Source: Minutocellus sp. GHC0000111 | Lineage: Eukaryota | Length of the DNA: 64,000 nucleotides | Assembly: GCA_977018835.1 (NCBI GenBank) | Contig: OZ361260.1 | Location: 2,542,001 to 2,606,000 of the forward strand | Direction of reading: 5' to 3' | Shown here: in pieces, positions 55,492 through 64,000 of the stretch | Position numbering within the stretch: the stretch's first letter is position 1 | Layout: every line of letters starts with the position of its first letter | Made by a program: the position numbers and the translations under genes | The notes under the pieces: generated by a model | Database searches by the model: none | What the model was told of the DNA's origin: nothing | The model's input: the letters and a program-made list of their open reading frames with translations, nothing else

Positions 55492-56724
55492 ATGGCGGCA
55501 AGTGTTCTGCCGTTTGGCTGTTGTCATCAGCATCTCGATATCTCATCAGCATATTTACAGCAGCTACACGACATTGCAGCCAAGCAAGTCAATGGTCATA
55601 AAAGAAATGATGGTGACGACCGAAATCTTCAGATCCAAAATCCCTGCGCTTATGTCAAGCTCGGTGAGCTAGAATCCACATATCGATCAGCCACCGGGGT
55701 TGAATTCGATTGCTCTTGCCAGGCACTTGGATTCAGCAGTTCTGGCCAAACAGTATGCGAATCGAGGGAACCGTTCTGCTGCTCCTCTTCTTCGAACTTC
55801 GACGAAAATGCTGCTGATATGGAGTGCCAAACCGCAAAGGAGACTGCAACTTTCAGCGTTGTTCCCTTTTCTGGGTACTGGGTTCCTCGTCCTGTAACCA
55901 CAACTGTTTGTATGAGATTCACCAGCGATGACGACAGAAACAATTCGGAGGTCTGTAAAACGAATCAGTTCACGAGGGATGAGGTATTTGATGGCAGCTT
56001 CACCTGCGAGGCAAAATTCGATGGAAGCCTATGTGGTGATTGCACCCAGTGTGATGGCAGTGATGGCGGTGCATATGACTGCTCTAACGTGGCGAGATCA
56101 TCGAACTTTCAGGTGGGCTGCGAAGATCGAAGTGATTCGCAGCGCACATGCCAGGCGCAATCTGGAGCAAAGATTGTTGCGACCGAGCCACCGACATCAC
56201 CACCATCGAAATCACCAACGTCGTCAGCACCGACAATAGGACCAACTTCTGTTCCTGTCCAAAAAGATATTCCAACGACATCGACATCTGCAAAAGAAAA
56301 TTCACCAGCATCCAATCCAACACAATCTACTCAAATAGATGGAAATGCCGAAGAAGAAAATACCAATGATGATACAGAATCTGAATTACTCAAAAAGATA
56401 AAGGGGCCCCAGTCGTTACTCTGCACCAATGGATCTTGCATCCTATCCGATGAAGATGTCGCACAGCAGTGCAATTTTTATGCACTCTCAAAGCACGGTG
56501 ATGTTAATTTCAACAGCAACGGAAAGGCTGTAGTGGAAAGCATCAATACATCTGAAGGACCCATTGATATCGGAGAAGGATGCGTAATGAAATGCAAGGG
56601 ATGCTATTTGGTGCTCTCGCCCGATGACATTTCTTCGACAGCATCTACTGGCGTCAACACGAAGTTATGGAGTATTATTGCCGGTAGCATGGTTGCATCA
56701 CTGGTCATAGTTGACCTATTTTAG
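55492..56724 (+). CDS. Cys-rich extracellular protein with Pro/Thr/Ser stalk and C-terminal membrane anchor
   Basis: RNLQ pro-peptide-like site, Cys-rich domain, PT/SP repeats, hydrophobic C-terminus. Confidence 0.7.
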   Translation: MAASVLPFGCCHQHLDISSAYLQQLHDIAAKQVNGHKRNDGDDRNLQIQNPCAYVKLGELESTYRSATGVEFDCSCQALGFSSSGQTVCESREPFCCSSSSNFDENAADMECQTAKETATFSVVPFSGYWVPRPVTTTVCMRFTSDDDRNNSEVCKTNQFTRDEVFDGSFTCEAKFDGSLCGDCTQCDGSDGGAYDCSNVARSSNFQVGCEDRSDSQRTCQAQSGAKIVATEPPTSPPSKSPTSSAPTIGPTSVPVQKDIPTTSTSAKENSPASNPTQSTQIDGNAEEENTNDDTESELLKKIKGPQSLLCTNGSCILSDEDVAQQCNFYALSKHGDVNFNSNGKAVVESINTSEGPIDIGEGCVMKCKGCYLVLSPDDISSTASTGVNTKLWSIIAGSMVASLVIVDLF

Positions 56725-56878
56725 ATTGCTAGAAGTCGACGTATGTACATATGTAATGTTAGATGATTAGATATCAATTCAATTTCAGATCAATAAATAA
56801 ATCGCCATCGCAATTGGCGCCAACTGTACAATGCGACCCGACTGCTCTAGCTACGTAGCTACTGTAGCCTGACCAATT

Positions 56879-57571
56879 TCAATTACCGAGATTGATGAGA
56901 GCCGGCATGTTGGCAACTCTTGACGTGAAATTTTCCCGATCATCCGCTCTCTTGCTGCAACTGATATCAAATTCGAACATGACGGGTGGTACATGATCGA
57001 TATCGCCACCCGTAATCTCAAATACCTTGAGCAGAGCCGACTTTAGCAGTCGCTCGGCTGTATCTTGCATCCGCTGTCGCTCAATGACTGACGCCGAATC
57101 CTCCCCGACCGGTCTTGGCGTATTATTAACAACCACCCGGATGATCCACTGCTCCCATACCACCCGCTCTTCGTGATTCATCAGGCCAAAGAGCTGCTTG
57201 CTTTCCCTCCGCTCGAAGAAGCTCAGTGTCAAACATCCGCTGAGCAATTCGGGACCTATTTGAGTCAGCGAGCGCAGGAAATTCTCGATGGCGTCATCAA
57301 CCCTTCGGTCGAGATCGCTCTCGAGGGTTATTTGTTGCTGGGCACCACCACCGCCACCAGCACCCGCCGCCTGCTGACTCCACGACCGTTGCCCGTCGGG
57401 CGTTTCTATTCGGGTGTACGTCAGATCAAAACCCTCGCAGTGAACGTCCCTGGGTGCGACAGGTCCCGGGGAACGAATGAAGAGAATTGTGTGCAGAACT
57501 GCCTGCAGCGCCTCTCGCACTTGTCCCGTGGCGAGCTCCAGCTCGGGGAGGTGATGCTCCTTGCAGTTCAT
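56879..57571 (-). CDS. ATG101: Autophagy-related protein 101 (HORMA domain)
   Basis: VREALQAVLHTILFIRS.G.V.P, DLTY, LSFFERR, VWEQW, DHVPP. Confidence 0.85.
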   Translation of the reverse strand: MNCKEHHLPELELATGQVREALQAVLHTILFIRSPGPVAPRDVHCEGFDLTYTRIETPDGQRSWSQQAAGAGGGGGAQQQITLESDLDRRVDDAIENFLRSLTQIGPELLSGCLTLSFFERRESKQLFGLMNHEERVVWEQWIIRVVVNNTPRPVGEDSASVIERQRMQDTAERLLKSALLKVFEITGGDIDHVPPVMFEFDISCSKRADDRENFTSRVANMPALINLGN

Positions 57572-57878
57572 CTTGGCTCGGGAGAATAAAGCTGCAAAGC
57601 GCAAGTACCTAGGTACTAGTAAAGTAAAAAAAAAGTTCTGCTTTCACTGACTCACTCCCCAGGATTCTGAAATTCGGCTGACGCTGCCTACACCTCCACA
57701 TCGTCTGACCCGCCCGGCCGGCACCCCTGACGCCTGATGCCAATAAAAGGGCAAAGGGGCGCAAGCTAGCTAGCAACCACAAACGACCCGCCCGGGATGC
57801 CGACACCGAGCCGCTGGTTATTCCCTTCCCCTCCTTATCCTTCGATATCTTTCGATTTGTTTTCCAACACGAGTGATA

Positions 57879-59087
57879 ATGTCCGATTCAGCGCCCGCGG
57901 CCCCAGCGACGGCAGCCACCCCCGCCACCCCTGCTTCACCCACCAAAAGGAGCAGAGATGATGAGGAAGAGCAGCTGCGGAGGCAATTGAAGGGTCACCT
58001 GCACCGAGTGACCAAACGTGAGCCTCTGGATGCGACGTATAAGTTCTTGATTTCATCCGGTGCGGCGCGGCCCCCATTCCTTCCCAAGGATCGGCTTTAC
58101 AAGCGCCTCGGTGCCGAACTGCGATACACGACGGAGAAGCTCATGCTGCAACCCGGCGGGAACGACCCGAACTTACCCGGGAAGAAGATTGGAGACGACC
58201 GAGAACCGCTCGACGAGGAGGCCATGCGATCGGCCCTCACTCTGCGTGCCGCCAAAAAGCACGAGCAGGAAGCATATGCCCGCGCGGCCCTGCTGGCTCC
58301 GCCTCGTGGCGTCCGTCTGCCTCCGGGGTGGGACGTAACGACGCATCGCAATCGGTTGGAGGGAATGGCGCTGGGATTGCAGGAGAAGGAGATTAAGGAG
58401 AAGAACAAGGCGGAAAGAGCTCGATTGGCACAGATTGCCAAGGCCAAGATGGAGGCTGCCGAGAGGGAGGGTCGGACCACTGCCGCCGCCGGGGGAGCGG
58501 ATGCCGAGGCGGCCATGCAGGCCAAGGCACTGGCCAAGGCGGAGGAAGAGCTTGCGCTCAAGAAACAGAGAGATAGAGAGAACGAGGAACGACTTCGACG
58601 CATCGAGAGGGAGCGTCAGCGGACCGAAGAGCGACGGCTCAGGGAGGAGGCAGAGCGGCGAGAGGCCGAGGAAGCAAAGGCCGAACTTGATAGGCGGCAG
58701 CGAATGGCGGAAACACCCAAGGAAGCTCTTTTCCGCTTATACAACCCCGTCTTTCAGATTCTATGGGACATGGAATTCCCTGCACTTGGCAACTCCAATC
58801 CCTTTCGCATTGTCATCGACAAAGATACTTGCGTTCAAATGGGGGTTCCTGACTATTGCAAAATTATTACAAAGCCAATGAATTTGACCTACGTACAGGA
58901 GAAGGTGGAGAATCGATCCTACTCGACTCTACAGGAGTTCTTTTCCGACATCGAACTCATCATAAACAATAGTATCACGTACAATTCTGATCCTCGCAAT
59001 CCATATCACATAGCAGCCCTCGAATTCCGAAAGAGATATCGGAAAGCTGCCAAGCGAGTAGTGCAGAGTGTACAGCAGAAGAAATGA
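57879..59087 (+). CDS. Bromodomain-containing protein
   Basis: NPF...VPDYCKIITKPMNLTYVQEKV....Y.....F..DIELIINNSITYN. Confidence 0.85.
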   Translation: MSDSAPAAPATAATPATPASPTKRSRDDEEEQLRRQLKGHLHRVTKREPLDATYKFLISSGAARPPFLPKDRLYKRLGAELRYTTEKLMLQPGGNDPNLPGKKIGDDREPLDEEAMRSALTLRAAKKHEQEAYARAALLAPPRGVRLPPGWDVTTHRNRLEGMALGLQEKEIKEKNKAERARLAQIAKAKMEAAEREGRTTAAAGGADAEAAMQAKALAKAEEELALKKQRDRENEERLRRIERERQRTEERRLREEAERREAEEAKAELDRRQRMAETPKEALFRLYNPVFQILWDMEFPALGNSNPFRIVIDKDTCVQMGVPDYCKIITKPMNLTYVQEKVENRSYSTLQEFFSDIELIINNSITYNSDPRNPYHIAALEFRKRYRKAAKRVVQSVQQKK

Positions 59088-59182
59088 ATGAAGAAATAAC
59101 AAAGTCTAGTAGGCATCTGCAGCAACGTGATATTACCTCTTGCATGAGAAACATACTAATTACATGTTAAATATTTTTAGGC

Positions 59183-61732
59183 TTACTCGTCGTCAGAGTC
59201 CCAATCAATACCCTCTTGAACCTCGTCGTCTTCCTCAAGGGCATCGACATTCTCAAGATCCTTCTGGTTGACCTCAACCTTCTCCTTCTTTTGCTTCTTC
59301 TTTTTCGCCTTCTTCGACTTGGGCTCATCGTCATCTCTCTCATCCTTCTGCTTAGTAGCCTCGGACCGAGCTCTCTTCTTGGCAGCATCGGACAAAGCTG
59401 GTTGAGATGCCTGCTCCAATCGCTTCTCCTTGGCGATCGACGCCTCATAGCGTTCCCTCATCGACGGCACATTGCTTGGCTTGAGAGCCTCGAGTCTCTT
59501 GATGTCCTTCGGAGCCTCATTCAGCTTGGAACGAGCCTTGGTGGCTTCAGCGGAATACTTCTCACAAAGCTCGATGCAACCCCTTGAATAGGCCCGGTAC
59601 TTTCCGTTCTTGGTCTCCTTGGAATATTTGCGCAATCGCTGGCAGATGCGAACAGTAAACTCGGGAAAGCCAGGAGAATACCGGTAAAGATCGACCTCGC
59701 GATTGAGAAGAACAAATATTTCACCAAGACAGGCATCGAGCTGCTCGGTCGTCCGGAGAGCACCCTCCTTTGGAAGCTTGAGGATGAGAGGAAGCCGAAT
59801 GCCTCGGATATCCTTACCCCTCGAGTCAACCCTCTTGGGCTTCATATAAAGCTCCTTCAAATCCAGTGCTTCGAGTAGCACCGAAGTTGTGGGGATGTAC
59901 TGCTCAGAGGACGCCGCAATCTGTTGGAGGAATCGAACACAATGCAAACGAAGGGGAAGATGGCGAGTTGTTGGCACCAATCGAATCACACCAAAGATGA
60001 CCTCTGTTAGGGGGAAGATGAGCGATCGCATCAGCTGAGCCTCGTCATCGGACTGGCCAGCCGCCGAGCAAAGTACCGCCGTCCACAGCTTCAGGCAGTG
60101 AATGTATTGCCAGCAGTAAACAACACGGAAGGCCTCGGGCGTTTTCTTCTGAATTGCCGATCGAAGATGAAGCGCTAGCTGACGAATATACACGAAGGCG
60201 TGTTGATATGACGACGCATAGTCCAGACTGTAAAGCTTAACGATACAATTGCCCATGAAAGTGATGGTCGGGAGGAGAGAAGTGACCGAAGCGGCAGTCG
60301 CAAATTTGGCTCGCTTGGCGTAGGCCAGATAGGTTGATTTCAGACATTGCTCAATAAAGGGAAAGGGCTGAGTAAGAGCCATCTGGCGTATGCGAATGAA
60401 GGCATTCAAACGAACAACCTGGTAGTCCTCTGAGGTATCCAGCGAGGCCGACCAGAGATTTGTGAGCGTTTTGAGACAGCCCTTGGCCACGCGCGGATAC
60501 GCCGTCATGAAGGGAATGTAGTACGCGAGATTCTTGAGAACAAAGGTCAACAATTCCGGCTCCTTCGCCTCGGACAATAGATGGAGCGTCGACTTGAGGA
60601 ACGATTGGAGGATCGTCCCAACCTGTGTCCAGCGCTTGGATTTGGCGAGCAGCTTGGGATTTACAGGCTTGTTGATTAGGTCTTCTCCTGCGTCGTTGTC
60701 ATCGGAATCGCCATCGTCGTCATCCCTCTTCTTGTTGTTGGCAGCACTGTCCTTGGACTCTAGACCAGATCCAGGGCCGAGCAAATGGTATCGAAATTCC
60801 TCGTGGCAGTGACGCAGAGCCGACGCCATGAGGCGATCAAAGACAGCCGAGTCTTCAATATGATATACCTTTCGGCCCTTGTCCTGATGACCCTCGTCCT
60901 CGGCGTTGGCATCTGACATGTGACACGCAGTCTTGTAGGCCGAAACAATGCGCTTCAAGCCCTTGATGCCATGCGACCGAAAGGCGCTCTGCTCGTACTG
61001 CAGAAGAAGCTTGGGAGTTAGAACGATATAAGGGCTGTCTTCTTCGACAGGCGCAACCTCCTTCTTTTCTCCTTTTTTGGTCTTCTTCTTTTGGGGCGAT
61101 TCCTCCTCCTCCTCCTCGGAAGATTCCTCCTCGTCTTCGTCGTCGTCATCTCCACCACGGCCGTATTCGTAGTCATCCTCGTCACCAAATTCCAAAAGAG
61201 CCTGCTCATTGTCCTGCAGATACTTGTGAAATTCTGGATCATTCTCGGACAGCTTCATCATCTCCTCCCTCATTCGGCGCTCGGCCTCCTCATCGTCGAG
61301 AGAAGAGTCGTCGTCGGAATCATCACCGGCATCATCATCATCATCCGAGGCAGAATCGTCACTCTGATCACCACCTTCGACGCTGCTGTTTTCGGAATCA
61401 CCACTGTCCTCCTCGTCATCGCTCCCGTCAACTCCCCCCTCGGCCACGCTCTTGAAGAAGGTGTCGATGTCCATATCGGCCAGGTTGGCCTCGCCGGCCA
61501 TGTCCTCCTCGTCGCGCTTCCTCCGGCGCGCGTCCTGCTGCCTCTTGGCGGCCTCGGCCTCCCTCCTCTTCTTGGCGGCGAGGGCCTCCGGATCGGCGTC
61601 TCCGCCGCGACGCTTGCCGCCCGCCCCGCCACGGATCTTGCCCTTCTTGGTGAAGGTCTGGTTCTTGTCGAGCATCGCCTTGACGCCGCCCTTGGCGACG
61701 AACTTGCGCGAACGCTTGGTTGTTTTGACCAT
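59183..61732 (-). CDS. NOC2: Nucleolar complex protein 2
   Basis: L.E.DPEF.KYLQ.N...LLEF, SYQHAFVYIRQLALHLR, VYCWQYIHCLKLW, LIFPL.E, PLRLHC, FPE. Confidence 0.92.
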   Translation of the reverse strand: MVKTTKRSRKFVAKGGVKAMLDKNQTFTKKGKIRGGAGGKRRGGDADPEALAAKKRREAEAAKRQQDARRRKRDEEDMAGEANLADMDIDTFFKSVAEGGVDGSDDEEDSGDSENSSVEGGDQSDDSASDDDDDAGDDSDDDSSLDDEEAERRMREEMMKLSENDPEFHKYLQDNEQALLEFGDEDDYEYGRGGDDDDEDEEESSEEEEEESPQKKKTKKGEKKEVAPVEEDSPYIVLTPKLLLQYEQSAFRSHGIKGLKRIVSAYKTACHMSDANAEDEGHQDKGRKVYHIEDSAVFDRLMASALRHCHEEFRYHLLGPGSGLESKDSAANNKKRDDDDGDSDDNDAGEDLINKPVNPKLLAKSKRWTQVGTILQSFLKSTLHLLSEAKEPELLTFVLKNLAYYIPFMTAYPRVAKGCLKTLTNLWSASLDTSEDYQVVRLNAFIRIRQMALTQPFPFIEQCLKSTYLAYAKRAKFATAASVTSLLPTITFMGNCIVKLYSLDYASSYQHAFVYIRQLALHLRSAIQKKTPEAFRVVYCWQYIHCLKLWTAVLCSAAGQSDDEAQLMRSLIFPLTEVIFGVIRLVPTTRHLPLRLHCVRFLQQIAASSEQYIPTTSVLLEALDLKELYMKPKRVDSRGKDIRGIRLPLILKLPKEGALRTTEQLDACLGEIFVLLNREVDLYRYSPGFPEFTVRICQRLRKYSKETKNGKYRAYSRGCIELCEKYSAEATKARSKLNEAPKDIKRLEALKPSNVPSMRERYEASIAKEKRLEQASQPALSDAAKKRARSEATKQKDERDDDEPKSKKAKKKKQKKEKVEVNQKDLENVDALEEDDEVQEGIDWDSDDE

Positions 61733-61837
61733 GGTGTATAGGAATGGTATGGCCTGAAATGAGGCGCACGAAGGCGAACGCAATGGCTGCTGGTTGCCGT
61801 CCAAAATGACTGAGCTACTACGTACAACAAGATCGTC

Positions 61838-61869
61838 GAAAAAATGGCGCCACGAAAAAATGGCGCCAC
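61838..61869. promoter_or_regulatory. 16-bp tandem repeat GAAAAAATGGCGCCAC x2 in the NOC2/VDAC divergent promoter
   Basis: Read directly; regulatory role inferred from position only. Confidence 0.4.
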
Positions 61870-62221
61870 AGTAACCTTCCGCAAACTTGGATGGACTTGA
61901 GAGCTTTCGTTGCCCGACGACGGAAAGGGCACTGACAACATGTACTCATGTACTCCCCAAATAGGTATTCTCTGTCCGTCGCTCGTCCCGTCAGATACAG
62001 GTCTTGTTACACTTTTCTTTTTGGTGATGGGTGGGTGGGTGGGCGGGTGTGACAGGCCCACCCTTTACCCATCCTCCAAACGAGTGCGGATAAATTTTAG
62101 GGTAAAAAGACCTGGTCAGAAATTTGAGGCCGGTGTCAACGCCTCTTCAGCTGACGTTCGGCCGACCCTTGATCTTCATCGCCACAATTGCTACCGCTCT
62201 ACCAACAAACTCTTAGGAACC

Positions 62222-62956
62222 ATGCCCACCAAGTACGGAGACATCGCCAAGGCCCCCAAGGGTACGTCGCTTGATATGCCAGCGGTCTGGCTGTGCCGCG
62301 ATGGGTTTCCCCTTCCGCCAAAATATTTTTACCGCCGACCTGAAAGTTTGTGTGGTTGAAAATGAGCGATGCCAATGCTGCTTGGAGGGATGACAGCTTC
62401 AACGAACAAATGACGATTGAGAAGAAGGAAAGGCGCTGCAAAGCCGGCCAGGTGATCGCGGACAATGTTGTATTGGAGCACCATCGCTGGGACCAGTGTC
62501 CAGTATCTTTGGAGGAGACCGAGACGCATGCATGTGTTGCAGTACCGCAGCAGCACAAATGCAATTGCAGGCCAGCAACTGTGGATTGACGCCGCGCCCA
62601 CCAGCATTTGTTCTGACAATTGATTCTCACAATGCATGCATGCATAACACCTCACCCCAATATACCATTTCCATAATCACAACTCAAACACAACAGACAT
62701 CCTGTCCGAGGACTACACCGACAAGGTCACCCTCAAGGCTAAGAAGAATGCCGGCCCCGTCGCCGTTACCCTCGAGACCGCCCGTGGCTCCGGCGGTGCT
62801 CTCTCCTCCAAGGTTGGCACCAAGTTCGCCTACGCCGGACTCTCCTTCGACAAGGTCCAGCTGACCGCCGACGGCGGACAGGTCCTCGAGACCAGCCTCG
62901 TCCCCTGCGAGGGCGTCAAGCTCTCCTTCAAGGGCAACAAGGGAGCCGACCTCGGG
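62222..62956 (+). pseudogene. VDAC: Mitochondrial porin VDAC, 5' ~100 codons only; intron 62262-62696
   Basis: MPTKYGDIAKAPK/DILSEDY, KVGTKFAYAGLSFDKVQ, GVKLSFKGNKGADLG, then abrupt switch to UTR-like sequence with stop at 63068-63070. Confidence 0.85.
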
Positions 62957-63416
62957 AGAAGTGTTTACTTTGGTTGGTTGGCTGTTTGTATGGTATGGTA
63001 TGGTGGGTTGGTTTCTTTTGTCCGAAACGTTTGCATTCGAATATACATGAACGCAGCAAAGGCTAAATGAATAGGAGGGAGGAAGGTGTCAGGTGTCGGG
63101 ACAGCCATGCATTGACTGTTCTCTGGAGTTATTATGTGACCAGGGAAGGTCAAGAAAGCCGTTTGGTTTGTTTGGCCGATTATATCGCATATTTGATCTG
63201 CAGGGGAGGATCACTTGATACCGTCTTCGCCTCCTTTCTCCATTTGGCCGCGATGTGTTCAGTATAGGTACATAAAGAGTAATGTGTAAGTGTGTAGTAC
63301 TTTCTATTGTGTGCCTAGCCTGTACTAGATCTACTTAGTACAGGCGAGCTCGGTGAGAGCCCGCAATGCAGTCAAAGAGATCATCTCTTCATAGGTTCCT
63401 AGCTTATATTGGGGCC

Positions 63417-64000
63417 TTATGCTAGCGTGCCTCGGTCCGTGCATTGAAAGAGATCATTTACAGATGGGAACGCGATATTGATCGCCCTATTGAGCCAGAC
63501 GGCATACGATAAAGTTCCAACGATGGAAAGAGACAGGATGGAAAGGCAAATTTTTTGAAGCGACGTGGTTTGGCGAATCACAACATCCTGAATCACATTC
63601 AGATTGATTTCACCCTTTTCTGTGTAGCTTTCCAACACCAGCGAATCAATAAAAGTGCAGACCTTGGCCTCATTGTTCGCCTGGTTCTCGTAGTTGCCAT
63701 CCTCTCGGTCGGTCTGCATAAAGCCGGCAGAAATTCCGTGCTTTGTCTCGCATTTGCCTGCGGCATTGTAGAGTTCCTCGCACATCTCATTGACCTCGTT
63801 GGCATCATTTTTATCATTATCCTTTCCATCACCATCCTCATTATCTTCTGCGCAGCTAATACACCCCGATGACATGCTGCTGGAATGATCGTACGTGGCA
63901 GAAAGGGTTCCATACCACAGCTTGAATCCGATGAAATCTTTCATGGTCTTGTGTTCAGGCAGCTCGTATTTTACGCTGCAATCCTCGTCAGTGAAAAGGC
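63417..64000 (-). CDS. Silicanin-1 (Sin1)-family membrane protein, 3' part (5' end outside window)
   Basis: EMCEELY..AGKCE..HG, NQANNEAKVCTFI..L....Y.E.GEI, single TM and short tail, recalled as typical of the Sin1 family. Confidence 0.7.
   Translation of the reverse strand, partial: LFTDEDCSVKYELPEHKTMKDFIGFKLWYGTLSATYDHSSSMSSGCISCAEDNEDGDGKDNDKNDANEVNEMCEELYNAAGKCETKHGISAGFMQTDREDGNYENQANNEAKVCTFIDSLVLESYTEKGEINLNVIQDVVIRQTTSLQKICLSILSLSIVGTLSYAVWLNRAINIAFPSVNDLFQCTDRGTLA

Noticed and set aside
1..64000. CRISPR arrays, rRNA or tRNA genes
   Set aside because: No regularly spaced repeats or recognisable RNA gene sequences seen

Overview
Eukaryotic, intron-containing, gene-dense DNA from a diatom. 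This rests on a silicanin-1-like gene, many signal peptide plus 'ASAFAP'-type plastid presequences, and a mitochondrion-targeted phosphoglycerate mutase. Host genes include PDZ/CRAL-TRIO, a ricin-B lectin, a GDPGP1/VTC2-like HIT enzyme, GH20 hexosaminidase, TspO, a mitochondrial-carrier protein, PGAM, MsrB, UFD1, SMC4, a CW-finger protein, ATG101, a bromodomain protein, NOC2 and VDAC. The main accessory region is an ~18 kb block (~6.6-24.7 kb) holding a spliced Helentron/Helitron2-type (HLE2) Rep-Pif1 helicase gene. That gene is fused in frame to an N-terminal ubiquitin-like domain ending RLRGG. The block also carries a divergent ~1,800-aa multi-exon gene with a DGQHR (ParB/DndB-like) motif and two orphan ORFs, and a 12-bp inverted repeat brackets it. 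Parts of the block are depleted in both CpG and TpA with sharp borders. A Sola-like MITE with a perfect 4-bp TSD sits inside the helicase. Recurrent palindrome-forming micro-insertions (AGCT duplications, GTACCTAGGTAC) frameshift genes. Several normally essential genes are damaged: UFD1 is cut by a direct-repeat-bounded insertion, VDAC is truncated and SMC4 is frameshifted, suggesting a decaying haplotype/duplicate or assembly error. All family calls are by motif recognition only; no searches were run.
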